Shown one piece after another: positions 1-12,824 of a DNA stretch of 64,000 nt. The translations under genes were made by a program, and so were the position numbers. The notes beneath the pieces were generated by a model. It did not search any database. It saw nothing but the letters and a program-made list of their open reading frames with translations, and was not told the DNA's origin. The stretch is from Malacoraja senta (Eukaryota): contig CM075989.1 of NCBI GenBank assembly GCA_038087875.1, forward strand, positions 23,748,001-23,812,000, given 5' to 3'. Positions within the stretch are counted from its first letter, which is position 1, and each line of letters starts with the position of its first letter.

Positions 1-457
1 AGTGCCCATCTTAAGTAGAGTTCAATGCTAATTGATTCATGAACGAGGCATTTAAACTTCAACATATTTGGGGCTCATTTGGCTTGTAATACTAAAAATG
101 CAGTTCGTACAAGTTGTAAAATGTATTCCAGATTGTCCATGTGTGTGACACACATGTGGTTGGAAGTCCTCAGACACATGGAGTGATGACAAGTGTTTGT
201 GCATTCGGGACCTGCAAACAGCATGGCTCCATCACATGGAAAAACCCCAAACCAGAATACCGAGACATGCACGGCGGCATGAATTAGAGCGATCCAGCTA
301 TATCTGGTCCACTGCTGTGAAAACTAAGATGTTGACATCCAGATCCTCCAAGTAGAGACACACGCAACTGCAGATACTGCCCCTGTTTTGCCTCTTTAGA
401 CAGAGGTTGGTGAATGGAAGGCAACATTTTGGATTGAGACTGTTCTGCAGGGATATA

Positions 458-690
458 GTTTAGTTTAGTTTAGAGCGCCTACAGATACAGAGATACAGTG
501 CAGAAACAGGCCCTTCGGCGCACCGAGTCCGCGCCGACCAGCAAACCCCGCTCATTAACACGATCCTACACACACTGGGGACAATTTACACATACACCAA
601 ACCAATTAACCTACACACCTGTACGTCTTTGGAGTGTGGGAGGAAACCGAAGATCTCAGAGAAAACCTGCATGGTCACGGGGAGAACATA
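458..690 (-). mobile_element. HE1-type (V-SINE) tRNA-derived SINE, 5'-truncated
   Basis: (TAAAC)n tail at 458-476 and body matching the full copies at 20068 and 44305. Confidence 0.8.
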
Positions 691-692
691 TA

Positions 693-1085
693 AATTCCTC
701 CTCATTTCCTTCCTAAAAGAACATCCTTTAATTCTGAGGCTATGACCTCTAGTCCTAGACTCTCCCACTAGTGGAAACATCCTCTCCACATCCACTCTCC
801 CCAAGCCTTTCACTATTCTGTATGTTTCAATGAGTGCACATAGCCCGTGCAAGGCCAATTCAGTCACTCACAATACCTTGAAACATAGAAAATAGGTGCA
901 GGAGTAGTCCATTTGGCCCTTCGAGCCAACATCGCCATTCGATCTGATCATGGCTGATCATCCAGAATCAGTACCCCATTCCTGCTTTCTCCCCATATCC
1001 CTTGCTTCCGTTAGCCCCTAAGAGCTAAATCTAACTCTCTCTTGAATACAGTACATCCAGTGAATTGGCCTCCATTGCCGTCTGG
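693..1085 (-). mobile_element. CR1 LINE 3' fragments
   Basis: Minus ORF LIETYRIVKGLGRVDVERMFPLVGESRTRGHSLRIKG matches the CR1 ORF2 C-terminus seen intact at 23997-25232; 3'UTR matches too. Confidence 0.85.
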
Positions 1086-1656
1086 GTTTCACGAGGTTTA
1101 CTGACAGGGCATTGCTTGCCATAAAGGCAGCTGCCCCCTTGCTGTGTGCCTTTAACATGCCTTTTGTGCTGCCCTTGGATTTCTCGGCCACTGTGCCCTA
1201 GGATAAGGGTTAATGGGGCATGTCCATGTCGGAGTGTGTGTATGTGTGTGAACATTATATCAGGCAAACAAAAATGTGACGTTTCGATTTCACAGTGAAG
1301 TGGTTTACAAATTAGTCTTTCACACATATAGACATCAGTCAGATAAATGCAAGCTAACAGGATTATAATACAATGGTAGCACTTGAACCAACAAGCAACA
1401 AACCCGAGTTAACACAAAGGGAGTCTTCTTCCACACACGTTCGCTTGGGATGGGGTGTCATGATTTGCCTTCTCTGGACCATTTAGAATGCAAGGGCAAG
1501 TTTCCATGATTGACCGGCCTGGCCTGTCCCAGGTTTGGGTATGAAGTCTGGCTGATTGGATCTTTGAAGTTTTCATTCAATACAAACTGTCTCTTCCATC
1601 GTGTATCTGCACACTGTGACTGGAACGAACGTAATCATGTATTGTCTTTCCGCTGA

Positions 1657-1852
1657 TAGACACAAAAAGCTGGAGTGACTCAGCAGGGCAGGCAGCGTCT
1701 CTGGAGAGAAGGAATGGGTGACGTTTCGGGTCAAGACCCTTCTTCACGTCACCCATTCCTTCTCTCCAGAGACGCTGCCTGTCCCGCCGAGTTACTCCAG
1801 CTTTTTGTGTCTATCTTCGGTTTAAAGCAGCATTTGCAGTTCCTTCCTACAC
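1657..1852. mobile_element. Palindromic Penelope-derived insert with 16-bp target-site duplication, inside a Rex1/Babar 3'UTR fragment
   Basis: ATTGTCTTTCCGCTGA at 1641-1656 and 1853-1868 flanks two inverted copies of the same repeat end. Confidence 0.8.
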
Positions 1853-2075
1853 ATTGTCTTTCCGCTGACTGGTTAGCACACAACAAAAGCTTTTCACTGT
1901 ACCTTGGTACACGTGACAATAAACTGAACTAAATTTCCAACTGCCTGGTCCATTGAATCTTAATAGCAACATCACTTAATATTTGAAAGTGTTTAAGAAA
2001 TTATTTTTTGACGTCTGACAATCTACCCTCCCAGTTTTTTGTAGTGTTGTCAAGAGATTAGTCCTCATTTCCTAG

Positions 2076-2378
2076 GTAGACAAAAATGCTGGAGAAACTC
2101 AGCTGGTGGGGCAGCATCTATGGAGCGAAGGAATAGGTGACGTTTCAGTTCGAGACCCTTCTTCAGACTGATGTGGAGGTGGGGGGGGGGGGGGGGGAAG
2201 AAGAAAGGAAGAGGCGGAGACAGTAGGGTGTGGGAGAGCTGGGAAGGGGAGGGGAAGGAACGAGAAACCTTGCTTCACCTATTCCTTCGCTCCATAGATG
2301 CTGCCTCACCCGCTGAGTTTCTCCAGCATTTTTTTCTACCTTCGATTTTTCCAGCATCTGCAGTTCCTTCTTAAACAA
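2076..2378. mobile_element. Inverted pair of Penelope-derived 3' ends with degenerate hammerhead motif (2139-2166, minus)
   Basis: Arms 2076-2140 and ~2275-2340 are reverse complements; imperfect flanking duplication TCCTCA(T/G)TTCCT. Confidence 0.75.
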
Positions 2379-2859
2379 TCCTCAGTTCCTGATGACCCGG
2401 GTGGGAACCTGCAGGGTTGACAGGCTGAGCCAAGCATCAATTAATCAGTGGGAACAAAGCTTGTGAACTGTTGTTGACAAACAGAAGCTAGAAACCACAG
2501 GGCCTGAAGAAGGAGTATTTATCAAAGATTGAGCAGTTGGCTGCGATACCTTCAGCACGGCACTGATATCCACATGCCCTGGATCAGAATCGTTTGGGTG
2601 CTTTGGCACTGGGGGCAGGGATCACTTGGCATGAAAATAGGGGTTTTCCTGGAGTGCGCAGTGTAGTGCGACCTCAAGTAATTTGTTCGCCAGTCCTGAT
2701 GAACGGGAGCGCATGATCCCACCCACTCCTGATAGACAATACTATGGAATTCCCAAATATTGGACATCATTGCAATCAAAGCTGGCGACTGAGGGTGTAG
2801 ATCATCAGATGTTTAAAAAATGATAACTTCTTAAACTTGTATCATTTTTTTATTAATAC

Positions 2860-3489
2860 CAGTAAACCCTCGCAATAACTATCGCAATAAAGTGGAATTC
2901 TCTGCCACAGAAGGCAGTGGAGGCCAATTCACTGGATGTTTTCAAGAGAGGGTTAGCTTTTAGGGCTAACGGAATCAAGGGATATGGGGGGAACGGGGTA
3001 CTGGAACGGGGTACCCTGTTCAAAAGCAGGAACGGGGTACTGATTTTAGATGATCAGCCATGATCATACTGAATGGCGGTGCTGGCTGGAAGGGCCGAAT
3101 GGCCTACTCTTGTACCTATTTTCTATGTTTCTATGCCCTCTAGATAGTGGATTTTGGTTATCGATTCCCGCTACACCGGCCCCCACTTCCACCATTTACC
3201 CGGTGAGCTGGCACCGCGTGGCAGGAGCCTCCGGTTATGGGAACGGAGAGAGCGTGCGGCATGAAGTTGCCGCGGGTACCGGGCCCGTCGCCGGCGCACA
3301 GCGTGTGGGACCGGGGTCTCTGCGGCTCCGTGAATTCCCACTGGCTTTACCCTCCCCCCCCCTCCCGATGATGTCCCTCTGCGCCTCGAGTTAAATTTCA
3401 CCCTCTTTACTCGGTTACAGCAGCCAATCGGCAATAACAGACACCATCCTCCCCCGCCACCAATGGTCCGTTATTGCCAGGGTTTACGG
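2860..3489. mobile_element. Tc1/mariner (Tigger/pogo-like) MITE interrupted by a CR1 3' fragment (~2891-3135)
   Basis: Imperfect TIRs CAGTAAACCCTCGCAATAAC (2860-2879) and GTTATTGCCAGGGTTTACGG (3470-3489), the latter followed by TA. Confidence 0.65.
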
Positions 3490-4094
3490 TAAAGTCATGT
3501 AGGTGGTAAAGTGTGATACACGAGGGATTTGGAAGAGACAGTTTATAATCGAATGAAAACTTCAAAAATACAACCAGCCAGAGTTTGTAATGGACTCTAC
3601 GATGGGCTGGGACGTGGGACTGATGGAAACTTGCCCATATATTCCAGGTGGAAAATAAAGGCTATCAAAATATTCATAAACAGTTAAGACACAATATTAA
3701 TAATATTACGACCAATACAACTGAAGTATGGCCACACCCCAGACAATATTACAAACTTATTTAACAACAATTATTGCATCATATTATGTTGATTGATGTA
3801 ACTATCCTTACTTTCAGAGTGAGGATAGTTCTCATGAAGAAATGTTAAGTGAACATAATGGGCTTGAACTGCTTAGATAGTAAACATATATTCAATTTAG
3901 AATTTAAATGTAATGTAAAAAAAATAAATTCTGTCTACCAACTTGTAAATACACCATGAAAGATCTGTGTTGGGTTCTGAAACAGTTGCCAAACCAGAAT
4001 TAATAAAAAGAAAACAATACCACCGCTAGTCCCGGGTAATTTTAGAAAATGAAATCCAGCATTGTAAATTTGTAATAAGTGGAATAAATCATGT

Positions 4095-4772
4095 GTATAA
4101 GAAGGAACTGCAGATGCTAGTTTAAACCGAAGAAAGACACAAAGAGCTGGAGTAATTCAGCAGGTCAGACATTAAAGTTTGATCGGATTTTACTGGCCTT
4201 ATCTTGCACTAAAGGTTATTCTCTTATCGTGTATCTATACACTGTGAATGGCTCGATTGTAATCATGTATTGTCTTTCCGCTGGCTTGTTAGCACGCAAC
4301 AGAAGCTTTTCACTGTACCTCGGAACACGTGACAATAAACTAAACTAAACTATCTAAGCAAGTATCTCTGGAGAAAAGGAATAGGTGACGTTTTGGATCG
4401 AGATCCTTCATCAGACTGAGAGTCAGGGGAAAGGGAAACGAGAGATATAGACGGTGATATAGAAAAAATGGATGAAAGATATGCAAAAAAGTAACGGAGA
4501 GGCCATTGTTAGCTGTGGGCTAGGTGAAAACAAGTTACAGACAATGAAACTAACCAGGACAACAGTGAAACTGGTACAACAACTTGGGTGGGGGCGGGAT
4601 GGAGAGAGAGGGGATGCAAGGGTTACTTGAAGTTAAAGAAACCAACACACATACCACTGGGGTGTAAGATGCCCAAGCGAAATATGAGATGCTGTTCCTC
4701 CAATTTGCGTTTGGGCTCACACTGACAATGGAGGAGGCCCAGGACAGAAAGGTCAGTGTGGGAAGGGGAATC
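4095..4772 (-). mobile_element. Penelope-like element 3' end (GIY-YIG endonuclease C-terminus plus 3' region with hammerhead motif), interrupted by a Rex1/Babar 3'UTR piece (~4171-4358)
   Basis: My translation of minus 4772-4623: DSPSHTDLSVLGLLHCQCEPKRKLEEQHLIFRLGILHPSGMCVGFFNFK*, typical of a PLE GIY-YIG tail; CTGATGA-AGGATCTCGATCC-AAAACGTC at 4414-4387 on the same strand. Confidence 0.8.
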
Positions 4773-6006
4773 ACCCCCTAAATCCATGATCCATTAAACA
4801 ATGGTGTTGGTCTGTAAACTATTTAAAGGATGCTTTAGTAACTTGACATCTAACCAGGCACAGTGTGCAGTTATTCACCTGTGGCATCATCTTTTCTTTA
4901 AATGGGACTTAAGAGCAGACAATTCATTTTCTGCAACTGATGTTCAGCTTAAAGGAACTAGGTTCTGAACACAAACAATTAATTATAATTTTCAAGCACA
5001 CAGCGTTCTAGCCTTCACTTTGCACCACGCACTAGGAATAATTTTGAGGCAATCCCAACACAATTAGTCATAGCAATATTTTAAACAAAGAGGATTTTGA
5101 AAGGTTTGCCTCACAAGCTAATGAAGTGCCTTCAATTAAAAGAGGTTCTCGTGTAGAAGAATGTCATTTCTGGAGATCGCTGGTCTGCATTAAATGATAA
5201 TTCAAATGCTGTTTAGGTCTTTTAACTTTGCAACAGCTTTGAAATAGACACCTCCACAAAGATTGATACATTGGCAGGAAACAAAGTATTCGAAATACAT
5301 CCAAATGCTGAGGATTAAAATTCCCGACCAATGCAAAAATTATTCAGAATGTGCAAGCTTCAAAACTCACATTATTTAAGAGAAAGAAACAAGTAAAACA
5401 AGCAGAGATACGGAGTGTGGAGAAGGGTCCCGACCCGAAACCTCACCTCTCCATGTTCTCCAGAGGCACTGCCGCCAGCTGAGAGACTCCAGCACTTTGT
5501 GTCCTTTTGAATATAATCAAAACCTTGCTTTCACAGTGGTATCAGAAACAAGAGCATTGTTTAACGGTGAGAGGTAGGAGATTTAAATGGGATCTTTGAG
5601 GGGTACGTTGTATTTGCAAGGAGTGGTTGATATTGGAAAGGTGGTGCCACAGGAGGTGATTTAGGAACAATCACTGTTTAAGTGGAATTTAGACCAACAC
5701 TTAAAATGGTGAAGCACAAAATTTGGCCCTAATGCAGGCAAATGGGCTGAGTGTCGATGGGTAAAAAGGTCGGCATGGATGTGGTGGGCATAAGGGCTAG
5801 TCTCTGTGCTGTACGACACGATGAAAAACGGACATAGAATATATTAGATTTCAATACAGTTTGAATCAAGAGTCAAGAGTGTTTTGTTGTCATGTGTTCC
5901 AGATGAACACAATGCAGCCGCACAACAGAATATGTAAACATAATACACTGTAAATAGAATGATCACCAATAACACTCAAAATAATAAACGAGAAAAAAGG
6001 TTTGGT

Positions 6007-6038
6007 GCACATACACACGCACACACATACACACATAC

Positions 6039-6121
<83 letters not shown>

Positions 6122-6515
6122 AGACAATAGACAATAGACAATAGGTGCAGGAGTAGGTCATTCGGCCCTTCGAGCCAGCACCGCCATTCAATGTGTTCAT
6201 GGCTGATCATCCACAATTAGTACCCCATTCCTGCCTTCTCCCCATTATCCTTTGATTCCGCTATCTTTAAGAGCTCTATCACACGCACGTGCACACACAC
6301 ACGCGCACACACACACACACACATGCTCACACACACACACATGCTCACACACATGCTCACACACGCACGCTCACACACACACACATGCTCACACACGCAC
6401 CCGCACACATATGCTCACACACACACACGCTCACACACACACACGCTCACACATGCATTCTCACACACACACATACACAAGCTCACACACATGCTCATAC
6501 ACATGCTCACACACA
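6007..6515. repeat. (CA)n microsatellite and CA-rich minisatellite flanking a CR1 3' tail (6119-6280)
   Basis: Direct inspection; source of the HT/CV-repeat ORFs. Confidence 0.95.
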
Positions 6516-9500
6516 ATAACAGCTCCTGTTATCATTGAAATATTTACAAATGCTCGAAGGTGTCTATTTCAAAGAACATGGGAAGGCATCTCTGTGATCT
6601 AGCTTAAACGCCAGACCAATCTGAAGGTGTAAAAGCTGCCAGATCCTACATGGTGTGTGCTTGTGTAATCTCAAGTCATTGTAGGTCACAGCATCTAAAC
6701 TGAGAGTTCGCAAAGATGCCGGATCAAAGAGGCCGCGGTGTAGCTGGCTGGTGAAGTGGATGGAACATCACCCAGTGTTGTAAAATTCACTGCAGTCTGA
6801 CCTCATCCCTGGGGCAGGTGAGAGGGAGCTTTACCATACACCCATGCAACAGCACGTAACAAAAGCTTTTCACTGTACCTCGGTACACGTGACAATAAAC
6901 TAAAACTTAACTGATGATGTTTTTTACACCTGGCCTAGATGAGTTCTTGTGCTAACACTGTAGTCCAAATATGTTCTCTTGCAGTGACAAATGCACCTAA
7001 AGTACAAAATCACCTTTTGTTTAAAAAATACCTCCAACAGATACTGCCGGACCTGCTGAGTTACTCCAGCACACTGCATTTTACCCAAGGTTTCTGCATC
7101 TGCAGTTCCTTGTGTCTCCTCTTTAAAAAGAGATGTAATTAGTGTAGGTATATAGAGAGTTAAGAGGATAGGAAGCATTCTATCCAAGGTTTATTATGTT
7201 CACAACCTTCACTAGAATTACCGCTTGCATTTCTGCTGGCCATAGTGTGTTCTTGAGGGTGCAAACACCATTTAGTTTCAAGCCTAGTTAAGCTAAGTTC
7301 TTCAATGTAAAACATCATGCATTGGACAGCTGGTCTACTTGGGCTCCAGTAGTAAGGAGGCTTAATGTTGATAGTTATTGCTATAGGTTATACTGGAGCA
7401 AGGTGCCCCGGTTGATACAGTAAATCAGTGATTTACAAAACAAAGCAATGTAACCTTGCCTCAAACATATGTTATCTCACAAGATGTGATTCACCACAAT
7501 AAGTAGCAGCTTGTGAATCACAGTCAGCTCACTGTAGGTCAGAGGCAAAAACAGTTAGCGTGGCGATTTTACGCGGAAAGACCAATGTAATAAGCAGGGA
7601 ATAAAGGGAAAGGTAAGAGCAGATGTGAAAATAACAGTCATAATGGCAAAGGAACAAACATGGCCAGGCTACCTGCAAATGCACATTTAATATAATGTTG
7701 AGAAACAATTTTGAAAGTGTGTGCTAAACTTCCAATAGGAATGTTACCTCTTCCCATAATAAATGCCGTATCTATAGATATGGAACACATTTGGATGTGT
7801 AAATTATATCCTCTATTCTAAAAAATAAATCAAATTTAACATTACATTTTTATAGAAAATATAGACACTAAATTTGAATAATGCATCACCGAGTAGACTG
7901 ATAATTTTAGATTTTTAAAAAATATTTTTTTTAATCCCATTCTTCCTCTCAAATGACAATGATGTCTTTTCACTGAGATCACATACAACTGTCAAAGTGG
8001 TTTCTCACACATCGTTCCAAATTTCACAGTGGTTTCTCACACATCGTTCCAAATTGTCCACAATTTTTGCAAAGAGTTTATACCTAAATATGAGACCTGT
8101 AGAAGAATTAAACGGGGCTGCAGCCTCTGTGCGGCAAGTATTCTGTGAAGAATGTTATATTTTCGCTCCCTTTCATTTGCAGCATCTCACTTCTTTTTTT
8201 ATTGATTTGCAGTTTCAGTGCAATGTTGCAACTGTATAACCGACACATTTGCAGGTAATTGGCTTCTCATTCGGGGCTCGTTTGAAAAACCACACCAAAC
8301 ATTCTGCTTTCTCTTAAGGCCCACGATCTTTTTAAAGTAACTTTGATCATGGTTCAAGCTACAGTCTACAGCCCGCCTCAATCATCCGTTGCCTTTGATT
8401 TTTAGCCATTTCACAGTTAATACATTAGATAAATCATAGGGGTGTGAAGGAATCAAATGGAAAAGAGGAAACATTTGATTTCTCTGGACTATTACAATGA
8501 ATATGATCAAGGACATGTTTTGAAATTATGATTTAAACATAGCATAAAAAAATCTTGTTCTCAATTCCATTGGATTTTATTGATAATAATGGTTTGCAAC
8601 ATTTAAAGCAATATTCTATTTAGTGTTGCAGTCTGATTAATTCCTTTATTGGGTTTCGCAATGATGCAAGTTCATACATTTGCAATTTCTAGCTAGTTAA
8701 TTAATCCATCATACTACAGTTTGTGTATGGGAGTATTTTAATTGTTTCATAATTTTATAGCATGATAATTGTCAGGTGTGCAGTAGAGAGAGACCAGTGT
8801 GGAACCTATAGAAATTCACTCTCCCTTGTATCAAAGGGCAGCTCTCTCCATCAACTTCTCCAAAAATGCCTGGGCATTAAAGACACAATATCATTTAATA
8901 CCATTCAACCACGGGGCTCTTTACACCTGAACTTACATCTGTAATACTGCGCTCTGGCTTAGCTGCGATCCATTTATTTAAGTAGGGCCGTAAAACTATG
9001 CATATTAAACTAAATTAGAGCTGCAGGTATAACAGATGCAACAGTTTTGACGAACAGATGGCGGTTCAAAGTTGCGCGCTAAATAAAGTTTAACACTTTA
9101 GCTCGACCTGCAATTATTATTTTTTAAGGCAACAGGACTATTAAGAGATTTTTTTTCAACGTAATTAAAACTCGAGCTTCCAGCCAGAAGTTAAACTGGT
9201 GTGTGTTATTGCTGGTGGACTCGGACGGCAAACCTTCACCCTCAATCCAAGAGGGAGGTTTAAATAAAAGGCGATAACTAGCAAATGCTACAAAATAAAA
9301 TATTCAAAGCAAGGAAAAAACAACCTTGCGTAGGAAGGAACTGCAGACGCTGGTTTACACTGAAGATAGACACAAAAAACTGGAGTAACTCAGCAGGACA
9401 GGCAGCATCTCTGGAGAGAAGGAATGGGTGACGTTTTTCGGGTCGGGACCCTTCTTCAGACTGAGAGTCAGGGGACAGAGAAACTGGAGATATGAAGAGG

Positions 9501-10174
9501 TTCAAAGAAGATCTTAAATAACTTCGCACTATCAACAAGCCACCGTGTCTCCTACAGCCGCAAGTTGCCACATGCGTAAGAAGGAACTGCAGATGCTGGT
9601 TTAAGCCCAAGATAGACACAAAATGCTGGAGTAACTCAACGGGACGTTTCGTGGTCGGCACCCTACTTCAGACTGATCTCGAGGGTCTCGACCCCAAACG
9701 ACACCCATTCCTTCTCTCCAGAGATGCTGTCTGTCCCGTTGAATTACTGCAGCTTTTTGTGTCTATCTTCGGTGTCACATGCGTTCTGTACAGTGACTTG
9801 TCGCTGCGCTGGAAAAGGTTGAAAAGCAAATACTTAATAAAGCACACAGCCGCAGCAGTGATGTGGCCACGGTGGACGGGGATCAATGGGAATAAACGTG
9901 ATATTGCACAGCACATCAGAAAGTTAGCTGCGAGCAATGTGCTGATTAATATCAGATCCCCTCTTCCCAGATCTCTTGATGATCTTGTCACATCTGGCTG
10001 ACAAATCCTTACAAGCTCGTCCATGGGCCAGGGACAGGGACAGCGCTGTGCTGCGGCGAGGCTGCCGGGGACAGCAGGCAACGCTCCTCATGCGCTATCA
10101 TCGCAGCTAATGAAGCCGACCTATCTATCCCGCAAGCCGGCGAGAAAAGACACGTTATACAGATGTATAAGAAA

Positions 10175-10623
10175 ATACACATCTGTACACACACACATAT
10201 ACACACACACGTATACGCACACATATATATACACACACACGTATATACACACACGTATACACACATATATACACACGTATACACACACGTATACACACAC
10301 GTATATATACACACACACATACACACACACGTATATATACACACGCACATATACACACACACGTATATACACACACGTATACACACATATATACACACGT
10401 ATACACACACACGTATATATATATATTAATATACATACACGCGTATATATACACACATATACACACTTACACACACATAGAGACACACACATAGAGACAC
10501 ACACATAGACATACACACATAGACACACACATACCTATATACACACTTACATTACACACTCACGCAGATACACACACACACACACAGACACACCTATATA
10601 CACACACACACCTATATACACAC

Positions 10624-10665
<42 letters not shown>
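10175..10665. repeat. CA/TA-rich compound microsatellite
   Basis: Direct inspection. Confidence 0.95.
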
Positions 10666-10672
<7 letters not shown>

Positions 10673-11068
10673 TCATCTAGCCCCAAAGGCCTTCCGTACA
10701 AATGGAGGCAGGACAAAAGTGTGAAGTTGCTCCGTTGGGCAGTGACACACAATGACAAATCAAGCCCGCACGGGGACAAGTCACCGAGCCCACAGCCTCC
10801 GCCAATTCGAGTTGCCGACCTGCAGGCGAGGATTATTATTTTTATGGAAATTATTTTACTGAAAGCCGCCAACTGACTTCACACACGCGCCTATAGCAGC
10901 GGCTCTCACGCCCAGCGTTTCATAAGCAACTGTCCAGTTTAAATGAGCCGGCACCACAATGGGATTAGCGTGAGTGAGCACTGTCCGTTCCCACAGCCGC
11001 CCGGCACTTCACTCGCAACTTCGGACACAGTCACTTCTTACCAAGAGAGTTTGTTGCAAATGACTTAC

Positions 11069-11128
11069 CTCCGACATTGTCAGCGACGACCAGTCCTCTC
11101 CGCGACCAGCCACTCGCCCATATCTCAT
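11069..11128 (-). CDS. Putative first (coding) exon of an unidentified gene transcribed toward the window start; MRYGRVAGRGEDWSSLTMSE or only MSE (ATG at 11077)
   Basis: Consensus donor GAG|GTAAGT at 11069/11068; ACAATGT start context; repeat-free, locally CpG-enriched setting next to a GA-rich tract. Reading frame not confirmed. Confidence 0.45.
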
Positions 11129-11715
11129 CGGTTAAACAGATTAGCATCGGTTCTGCCTGTCTGTACAAGTAGTCAGCGACGTGTCCTTCTGGTGTCGGCG
11201 CCTCGCTCGGTTTTCCCTCACAGGAAGCAGACCTCCACCCTCCTTCTCTCTCCCTCTCTCTCCCCCCCTCTCTCTCTCCCCCTCCCTCTCACTCTCCCCC
11301 CCTCTCTCCCCTCCCTCTCTACCTCCCTCTCCCCCTCTCTTTCTGCCTCCTCCCCTCTCCCCTCACTCTCTCTGTACCTCCCCTCTCTCCCTCCTTCCCC
11401 CGGGGGCTGGACTGAGACCCTCCCTCCCACTCGCTCCACTCCACAATTGGGAGGCAGCCTGTCCCAGTCACCTCCAGAGCTACCTCTCACCTCTCTGCCC
11501 CCACCCAGGTCGCTGCGCTGAGTGTGAGCATGTCCCGCGAGTCACACACTCACAGGGCCGTTCCCCCGGCAGCTGCCTCAACCAGGCACAACACTCATCT
11601 TTCACACAGATCTGATCAAAAAGAATCGCAGACACTCTTGGCTGCCTCGGCATCCCACGAAACGCAGCGGAACACATTGTACCCCAGCGTCAGTGAGAAT
11701 AACATCCCAGTGTAG
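11129..11715 (-). promoter_or_regulatory. Probable 5'UTR/promoter region with polypurine (GA-rich) tract 11235-11400
   Basis: CpG-enriched, repeat-free stretch directly upstream of the strong donor. Confidence 0.4.
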
Positions 11716-11820
11716 TTGTGAAGGAAGGAACTGCAGATGCTGGTTTAACTGAAGATAGACACACACAAAACTGGAGTAACTGAGCGGGACAGTCAGCATC
11801 TCTGGAGAGAAGGAATGGGT

Positions 11821-11848
11821 GACGTTTCGGGTCGAGACCCTTCTTCAG
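11821..11848 (-). ncRNA. Minimal type I hammerhead ribozyme core in Penelope-derived repeat
   Basis: Minus strand CTGAAGA-A-GGGTC-TC-GACCC-GAAAC-GTC, all core nucleotides present. Confidence 0.7.
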
Positions 11849-12157
11849 ACACAAAGGGTCTCCACCGAAACGTCACCCATCCCTTCTCTCCAGAGATGCT
11901 GCCTGTCCAGTGTAAACGGCCCCATTCCCTGGGACAAATGACACTTCCTCGGGTTCATATTCCGCTGACTTACTTGAAAATAAACTTTTTTATACAGCGT
12001 GACAATTTTTCAATAATTAGTTAGAACTTTAGGAAGAGGAGGTTAAAGATTTTTTTTTAAACTCCAAAAAAGCAGATGACCAGCTACAGTTAAATAAATA
12101 TATGAAAAAAAATCTCATCACTAATTCACTGAATTATGTTAAATAGATATGACAAGG

Positions 12158-12435
12158 TCTCGGGACTGGGCAAGATTATAAATAATGTTCTCCTTACTTC
12201 TTTAAAAAAAAATTACTCTCTTTTTCCTATTTTCTACTCTTTAACTTTCTTCTTTCATTCGCCTTTCTTCTTCTTCACACACTATATATCTCACGTTTTT
12301 CTATAGTTATCTAATTTATTTTTCTTATTCTTCTTTACTATAATAAAAAAATAAGAAGCTGTACATAAAATGTATTATGAAAATATGATTGTATACGATT
12401 GTACTTCTAATAAAATTAAAATAAAAAAATTAAAA
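12158..12435 (+). mobile_element. L1-type retroposed 3'UTR fragment with A-rich tail and 17-bp TSD
   Basis: AAATAGATATGACAAGG at 12141-12157 and 12436-12452; AATAAA followed by an A-rich tail; target TT|AAAT. Confidence 0.75.
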
Positions 12436-12824
12436 AAATAGATATGACAAGGATTGGCAACTCCGTTTACTTCGTTGATTGGACAGTGAAATATTTGTAG
12501 CCTTTTTTTTTATTTAGGTGAATGTTTTAACAAGCATGAATGTCAAAGCAAATAGAAACATGGAATCATAGGTGCAGGAGGAGACCATTCGGCCCTTCAT
12601 GCCAGCACCGCCATTCAATATGATCATAGCTGATCATCCACAATCAGTACAAGATATATTTATTTGTCACGTGCCAGTTGGCACAGTGAAATGTGATCAC
12701 CATACAGCCATACACAATCTAAATCTAACTCTCTTGAATACAACAAGAGATGTACTATGCGGGTACATGCAGTGACTCTACACTGCAGAAAGTGTGCCTA
12801 ACACTCACCTAAACAACAATACCA

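Noticed and set aside
75..272. Possible exon after TTTGCAG| at ~210 (minus)
   Set aside because: The phase-0 frame that would join the 11069 exon stops after 13 codons; no recognisable protein.
6685..6817. Plus-strand AG...GTGAGA exon-like segment
   Set aside because: All three frames hit stops and no partner exons were found.
7996..8055. 28-bp direct repeat with 32-bp period
   Set aside because: Simple local tandem duplication, no further structure.
8930..9270. Repeat-free TAAT-rich stretch resembling a conserved enhancer
   Set aside because: Cannot be supported without cross-species alignment.
10943..11615. 192-aa and 144-aa Pro/Ser/Leu-rich plus-strand ORFs
   Set aside because: Run through a CT-rich low-complexity tract antisense to the probable first exon.
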